Shown here piece by piece: positions 54,619 to 59,313 of a DNA stretch of 59,313 nucleotides. Origin of the DNA: Casimicrobiaceae bacterium (lineage in GTDB: Bacteria > Pseudomonadota > Gammaproteobacteria > Burkholderiales > Casimicrobiaceae); assembly GCA_035717085.1 (NCBI GenBank), contig DASTIY010000177.1, positions 1 through 59,313 on the forward strand. Reading direction: 5' to 3'. A model generated the notes under the pieces. It was given only the letters and a program-made list of their open reading frames with translations, was not told the origin of the DNA and made no database searches. Within the stretch, counting starts at the first letter, position 1; each line of letters begins with the position of its first letter. Position numbers and translations under genes: made by a program.

Positions 54619-57012
54619 ATGTCAGAAATCGTCCGCGTCATCCCCTTCGATCGCGTCCGCATGCGCGATCTTCCCGAAGTCGGCGGCAAGAACGCCTCGC
54701 TTGGTGAAATGATCGGCGAGCTGGCGCAAGCCGGCATTCGCGTGCCTGGTGGCTTCGCGACCACCGCGGCTGCATTTCGTGAATTCCTCGCACGCGATGA
54801 TCTCGCGGGCCGCATCGAGCGCGTGCTCGAGCGCGTCGACGTCGCCGATGTGCGCGCGTTGCGGGAAGCCGGCACGCGCATTCGGGAATGGATTCTCGCG
54901 ACGCCGCTGCCCCCTGCGCTCGTCGCCGACATCGAGATCGCGTACACCGAGCTCGCTCGTAAGCACCCGGACGCATCGTTCGCGATTCGGTCGTCCGCGA
55001 CCGCCGAGGACCTGCCGGACGCCTCGTTCGCCGGACAGCAGGACACGCTATTGAATATCAAAGGCTTGAAGAATGTACTTCATGCTATTTCAGAAGTATT
55101 TGCTTCGGTCTACAACGATCGGGCGATCGCCTATCGCGCGCATCACGGCTTTCGTCACGCCGAAGTTGCGCTTTCCGTCGGCGTGCAGCGGATGGTGCGA
55201 AGCGACAAAGGGGCTGCGGGCGTCATGTTCACACTCGACACCGAATCGGGCTTCGCCGGTGTCGTGCTGATTACTTCGGCGTACGGACTGGGTGAATCGG
55301 TGGTGCAGGGTTCGGTCAATCCCGACGAGTTCTACGTCTACAAGCGCAACCTCGAGGCGGGGCGGCCCGCCGTGCTGCGCAAGTCCCTTGGCTCGAAGGC
55401 GTCGCGGATGATCTTCGGCGACAACGCGGCCGCCGGCTCGTCCACGCGCGTCGTCGACGTTCCAGAATCGGAACGGCGGCGCTTCTCGCTTACCGACGAG
55501 CAGGCGGAAGCGCTCGCGCGCAACGCGGTGGCGATCGAGCGTCATTACGGCCGTCCGATGGACATCGAGTGGGCGCTCGACGGCGACGATAACGCCCTCT
55601 ACATCCTGCAGGCGCGACCGGAAACCGTGAAGTCGCGCGACGATGCGAGCGGGCTACGCCGCTATCGACTGAAGTCGCACGGAACGTCGCTGGCGAGCGG
55701 TCGCGCAATCGGGCAGAAGATCGGACAGGGGACGGTGCGGCTCGTGCGCTCGGCGCGCGAGATGGATCGCGTGCAGGAAGGCGACGTGCTCGTCACCGAG
55801 CTCACCGACCCCGATTGGGAGCCCGTGATGAAGCGTGCGAGCGCGATCGTCACCGACCGCGGCGGTCGCACCTGCCACGCGGCGATCATCGCGCGCGAGC
55901 TCGGCATTCCCGCGGTCGTCGGCTGCGGAGACGCGACCGCGACGCTCGCAGACGGAACGCCGGTCACCGTGAGCTGCGCGGAAGGCGACACCGGCAACGT
56001 GTATGCCGGCTTGCTCGACGTGGAGACCGTCGACGTCGAGCTCGACCACATGCCGGCGTCGCCGACGAAGATCATGATGAACGTCGGCAATCCCGAGCTC
56101 GCATTCGAGTTCTGCCAGCTGCCGAACGAGGGCGTCGGACTTGCCCGCCTCGAGTTCATCATCAATCGCAACGTCGGCATTCATCCCAAGGCGCTGCTCG
56201 AATTCGATCGCCAGCCCCCTGACGTACGCCGCGACATCGAGGCACGCATCGCGGGCTACGCGAGTCCGACCGAGTTCTACGTCGCGAAGATCGCCGAGGG
56301 CGTCGCGACGATCGCGGCGGCGTTTCACCCGAAGCCCGTCATCGTGCGGCTTTCCGACTTCAAGTCGAACGAGTATTCCAACCTCGTGGGCGGCACGCGC
56401 TACGAGCCGCACGAGGAAAACCCGATGCTCGGCTTTCGCGGCGCGTCGCGGTACGTCGCACCCGAGTTCTACGACTGCTTCGCGCTCGAATGCGAAGCGA
56501 TGCGCCGCGTGCGCGACGTGCAGGGCTTCACGAACGTCGAGCTGATGGTACCGTTCATCCGCACGACGCGCGAAGCCGAGGAAGTGCTCGCGCTGCTCGC
56601 GAAGAACGGCCTCGTGCGCGGGGAGAACGATTTGCGCATCGTGATGATGTGCGAGATCCCGTCGAACGTGCTCCTGGCCGACCGCTTCCTCGATTTCTTC
56701 GACGGCTTTTCGATCGGCTCGAACGACATGACACAGCTGACGCTCGGCGTCGACCGCGACGCGAGTGGTGCGCTCGGCGCGACGTTCGACGAGCGCGACG
56801 AGGCGGTAAAGAAGATGTTGTCGATGGCGATCGCCGCCTGCCGCGATCGCGGAAAGTACGTCGGCATCTGCGGGCAGGGCCCGTCGGACCATCCGGACCT
56901 CGCGCAGTGGCTCGTCGACCAGGGCATCGAGAGCATGTCGCTCAACCCGGACACCGTCGTGTCGACGTGGATGATGCTCGCGAAGTCGCGCGAGACGCTG
57001 CCCGAGAAATAG
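54619..57012 (+). CDS. ppsA: Phosphoenolpyruvate synthase
   Basis: [41 protein letters not shown]. Confidence 0.97.
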   Translation: MSEIVRVIPFDRVRMRDLPEVGGKNASLGEMIGELAQAGIRVPGGFATTAAAFREFLARDDLAGRIERVLERVDVADVRALREAGTRIREWILATPLPPALVADIEIAYTELARKHPDASFAIRSSATAEDLPDASFAGQQDTLLNIKGLKNVLHAISEVFASVYNDRAIAYRAHHGFRHAEVALSVGVQRMVRSDKGAAGVMFTLDTESGFAGVVLITSAYGLGESVVQGSVNPDEFYVYKRNLEAGRPAVLRKSLGSKASRMIFGDNAAAGSSTRVVDVPESERRRFSLTDEQAEALARNAVAIERHYGRPMDIEWALDGDDNALYILQARPETVKSRDDASGLRRYRLKSHGTSLASGRAIGQKIGQGTVRLVRSAREMDRVQEGDVLVTELTDPDWEPVMKRASAIVTDRGGRTCHAAIIARELGIPAVVGCGDATATLADGTPVTVSCAEGDTGNVYAGLLDVETVDVELDHMPASPTKIMMNVGNPELAFEFCQLPNEGVGLARLEFIINRNVGIHPKALLEFDRQPPDVRRDIEARIAGYASPTEFYVAKIAEGVATIAAAFHPKPVIVRLSDFKSNEYSNLVGGTRYEPHEENPMLGFRGASRYVAPEFYDCFALECEAMRRVRDVQGFTNVELMVPFIRTTREAEEVLALLAKNGLVRGENDLRIVMMCEIPSNVLLADRFLDFFDGFSIGSNDMTQLTLGVDRDASGALGATFDERDEAVKKMLSMAIAACRDRGKYVGICGQGPSDHPDLAQWLVDQGIESMSLNPDTVVSTWMMLAKSRETLPEK

Positions 57013-57122
57013 CGGTTTCCCTTTCCGCATCGCTGACACGTCTCCGACACGTGTCGGAGATGATCCCAGGCTCGGCCGAATGGCCGAGTGCAGCCGCGCG
57101 CCGACCGCGGTTTCATCGGCGC

Positions 57123-57590
57123 ATGCGCTGGCCGCCACCCGTCCGCGTTTCCCTCGCGCCGTCGCTCGTCGCTTCGCTGCTGATCGCATGGCTCGGGCTT
57201 GGCACGTGCTTCGTCGTGCTGACGCTGCCGCTGTCACCGTTCACGTTGGGATTCGGCTGCGTGGGCATCGTCCTGTGGGCGGTCGACACGATCCTCGTCG
57301 TGGGGCTGCGGCGCGGGTCGCGCGCGGTACGGGGCTTCGAACTGCGCGGCGATCTGACCATCGTCGTGACGAGCGGCGACGGGATGGCGTGCGCCGGCCG
57401 CGTGCACGCCGACAGCTACGTGGGCGCACGGCTGTCGACGATCGTCTGGCGGCCGTTTGGCCGCTGGCGCACGCGCGCGATCGTACTTCTGCCCGACATG
57501 TTGCCCGCGGTCGAATTTCGCAGGCTGCGCGTGCTGTTGCGTTACGCGCGAAGCGACGTCGCGCAGGGCGCGCCGGCGAGCCACGCCTGA
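57123..57590 (+). CDS. YgfX/CptA-like inner membrane protein
   Basis: VSLAPS, two TMs, C-terminal LLPDML...FRRLRVLLR. Confidence 0.75.
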   Translation: MRWPPPVRVSLAPSLVASLLIAWLGLGTCFVVLTLPLSPFTLGFGCVGIVLWAVDTILVVGLRRGSRAVRGFELRGDLTIVVTSGDGMACAGRVHADSYVGARLSTIVWRPFGRWRTRAIVLLPDMLPAVEFRRLRVLLRYARSDVAQGAPASHA

Positions 57591-58360
57591 ACGTCGATCA
57601 ACTGCTCGCTTTGTGACTTCGGCTGGCCTGCGATCAGGTATTCGTAGAGCGGCACCAGTTGGTCCATCGTCGGTAATGTGTCGCGATCCTCGCCCGGATG
57701 CGTCTGCAGTCGAAGCGGCGAACGAATGGGCCCCGGAACGACCGCGTTCACCCGCAGGTTTTCTTTGCGCTCCCATTCGTCGGCAAGCTCCCGCGCGAGC
57801 GTCGTCACCGCCGCCTTGCTCACCGCGTATCCGCCCCAATAGGCCCGCGGCTCGAGCGCTCGATGATCGAGCGTGAATACGACGCTCGCATCGGCGGCGC
57901 GCGTGAGAAGCGGCATCACGGCACGCGTCAGGCCCATCGGCGCCGCCACGTTGACGCGCAGAAGCGCAAGCCACAGGTCGAACGACTGATGCTCGAACGG
58001 CCCGAGCGAGCCGAGCATCGCAGCGGTGTGCACGACGGCATCGAGCCGCGAGAGTTGCTGCTCCAGCGCACTCGCGACGTTGGCGAAGTCGCCGCCTTCG
58101 GCACGCGCGAAATCGAGCGGCAGGATGATCGGCTCGGGCAGTTGCTCGCCGACGATGTCGTCGTACAGCGCCTCGAGCTTGCGCACCACGCGCGCATGCA
58201 GCACGACGGTGGCACCCGCGCGCGCGCACGCAAGCGCGAGCAATCGACCGAGGCCACCCGTCGCGCCCGTGACGAGAACCACGCGATCGCGCATCGACGC
58301 TCGCGAAAGCGAGTTGGCTGGCGGGAGCAGGGTGGGCGGAGCGGACACGTCGACGATCAT
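57542..58360 (-). CDS. YciK-like short-chain dehydrogenase
   Basis: VTGATGGLG, AYWGGYAVSK, THPGED. Confidence 0.9.
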   Translation of the reverse strand: MIVDVSAPPTLLPPANSLSRASMRDRVVLVTGATGGLGRLLALACARAGATVVLHARVVRKLEALYDDIVGEQLPEPIILPLDFARAEGGDFANVASALEQQLSRLDAVVHTAAMLGSLGPFEHQSFDLWLALLRVNVAAPMGLTRAVMPLLTRAADASVVFTLDHRALEPRAYWGGYAVSKAAVTTLARELADEWERKENLRVNAVVPGPIRSPLRLQTHPGEDRDTLPTMDQLVPLYEYLIAGQPKSQSEQLIDVQAWLAGAPCATSLRA

Positions 58361-58398
58361 AACGAACGCGTCTCGCGACGCCGTCAGCTCGTCCTGCG

Positions 58399-58428
58399 TT
58401 GGCGCGGCGGAGTCGCCTCCGCTATAAT
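58399..58428 (+). promoter_or_regulatory. Sigma-70 promoter of the tRNA pair
   Basis: TTGGCG-N18-TATAAT. Confidence 0.6.
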
Positions 58429-58442
58429 CTCGGGCTCGCCGT

Positions 58443-58518
<76 letters not shown>

Positions 58519-58557
58519 CCGACCTTCGTCGCAGCGGCCCCTGCGACAGCCCGACCG

Positions 58558-58633
58558 GTCCCCATCGTCTAGAGGCCTAGGACATCGCCCTTTCACGGCG
58601 GTAACAGGGGTTCGAATCCCCTTGGGGACGCCA
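58558..58633 (+). tRNA. tRNA-Glu(TTC)
   Basis: GTCCCCATCGTCTAGAGGCCTAGGACATCGCCCTTTCACGGCG...GGGGACGCCA. Confidence 0.97.
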
Positions 58634-58643
58634 ACACTTTCAA

Positions 58644-58669
58644 CGTCCATTCCAGTGACATAGGTACAC
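58644..58669 (+). mobile_element. Possible IS481-family terminal repeat relic
   Basis: CGTCCATTCCAGTGACATAGGTACAC resembles IS481-type ends as I recall them; no transposase follows. Confidence 0.35.
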
Positions 58670-58755
58670 GACATGCGTGGTCGTCTCGCAGCTCCTTGCG
58701 GCGGTCAAGGTTGCTACGAATGCCGCCTTGGGATACGGCGTGCGATACGGATGCA

Positions 58756-58813
58756 GAGCGCGACGCATCGACACGCAGGGGAGCCCGACGCATCGGCACG
58801 CAGGGGAGCGCGA
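58756..58813. repeat. 25-bp tandem duplication (2.3 copies)
   Basis: gagcgcgacgcatcgacacgcaggg / gagcccgacgcatcggcacgcaggg / gagcgcga. Confidence 0.85.
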
Positions 58814-58918
58814 TTCTTCACACAATCCTACAAACGAAATCGAAAGTCGCACCTTGCACTGCCGGGAAGGCGCTCCGCAATATATCGCGTCCTGCCTCGT
58901 TTCTTGACCTGATCCACC

Positions 58919-59313
58919 ATGGCAAACGTCCTCGTCGTTGACGACACGCCCGATGTCGCTGATTCATTTGCAGAAGTGCTTAGCCTGTGCGGCCACGATG
59001 TTCGAATTGCCTACAACGGCACACAGGCGTTGAACGAACTCGAGCTTTCTCTTCCGGATGTCGCGCTCGTGGACTTGAACATGCCGGTCCTCGATGGCTT
59101 CGAGTTGGCGCGAAGGATTCGTGACAGATGGGGCAGCCGAATACGCCTCATCGCACATACGGCGTCCGCGCGAGCAGCGGTGGCAAAGAAAGTGACAGAG
59201 GCAGGCTTCGATTCTTTTGTGCCCAAGACCGCGCGGCCCTTAGATCTCGCGCTTGCGATTCACGCTCGTGGAAATGCGTGGGAGTTGCGCCGAGGAGGGC
59301 GAGACCGCCGACA
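58919..59313 (+). CDS. CheY-like response regulator (runs off right edge); not in ORF track
   Basis: Own translation: MANVLVVDDTPDVADSFAEVLSLCGHDVRIAYNG..PDVALVDLNMPVLDGFEL..IAHTA..AGFDSFVPK. Confidence 0.9.
   Translation, partial: MANVLVVDDTPDVADSFAEVLSLCGHDVRIAYNGTQALNELELSLPDVALVDLNMPVLDGFELARRIRDRWGSRIRLIAHTASARAAVAKKVTEAGFDSFVPKTARPLDLALAIHARGNAWELRRGGRDRR

Noticed and set aside
58756-58813. Possible mini CRISPR array
   Set aside because: Copies are directly tandem with no spacers, and no cas genes are present
58677-58907. 76-aa ORF after tRNA-Glu
   Set aside because: No RBS or recognisable motif; partly built from the tandem duplication

Overview
High-GC betaproteobacterial (Burkholderiales/Rhodocyclales-like) chromosomal window, mostly housekeeping and mostly co-oriented on +. 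The left accessory block (1-19.8 kb) holds three tandem GAF/PAS-LuxR-type regulators sharing a 20-bp pseudo-palindromic box, a divergent small secreted peptide gene, a branched-chain amino-acid-type ABC system with only one ATPase, a fused NfnB-NfnA-like flavin/Fe-S oxidoreductase carrying an in-frame palindromic repeat, an M1 aminopeptidase, a GH15 glucoamylase, a Cys/His-rich secreted unknown, a YeiH exporter and tRNA-Thr. The core block holds marC-like, rlmB, dppABCDF plus two peptidases, smc-zipA-ligA-galU-oxyR, a HAD and tRNA-Val. Next comes a predicted sigma-54 operon of circularly permuted ATP-grasp / alpha-E / Anbu / transglutaminase-DUF2126 overlapping gltX, then pyrG-kdsA-eno-ftsB, a TrmH methylase, ppsR, PHP, an RsaL-like HTH, ppsA, YgfX-like, an SDR, tRNA-Ala and tRNA-Glu, and the start of a lower-GC segment with a possible IS481 end relic and a receiver protein. 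Three small dispersed repeat families are present. No CRISPR array, integrase or intact transposase was seen. All calls are by eye from motifs; no searches were run.
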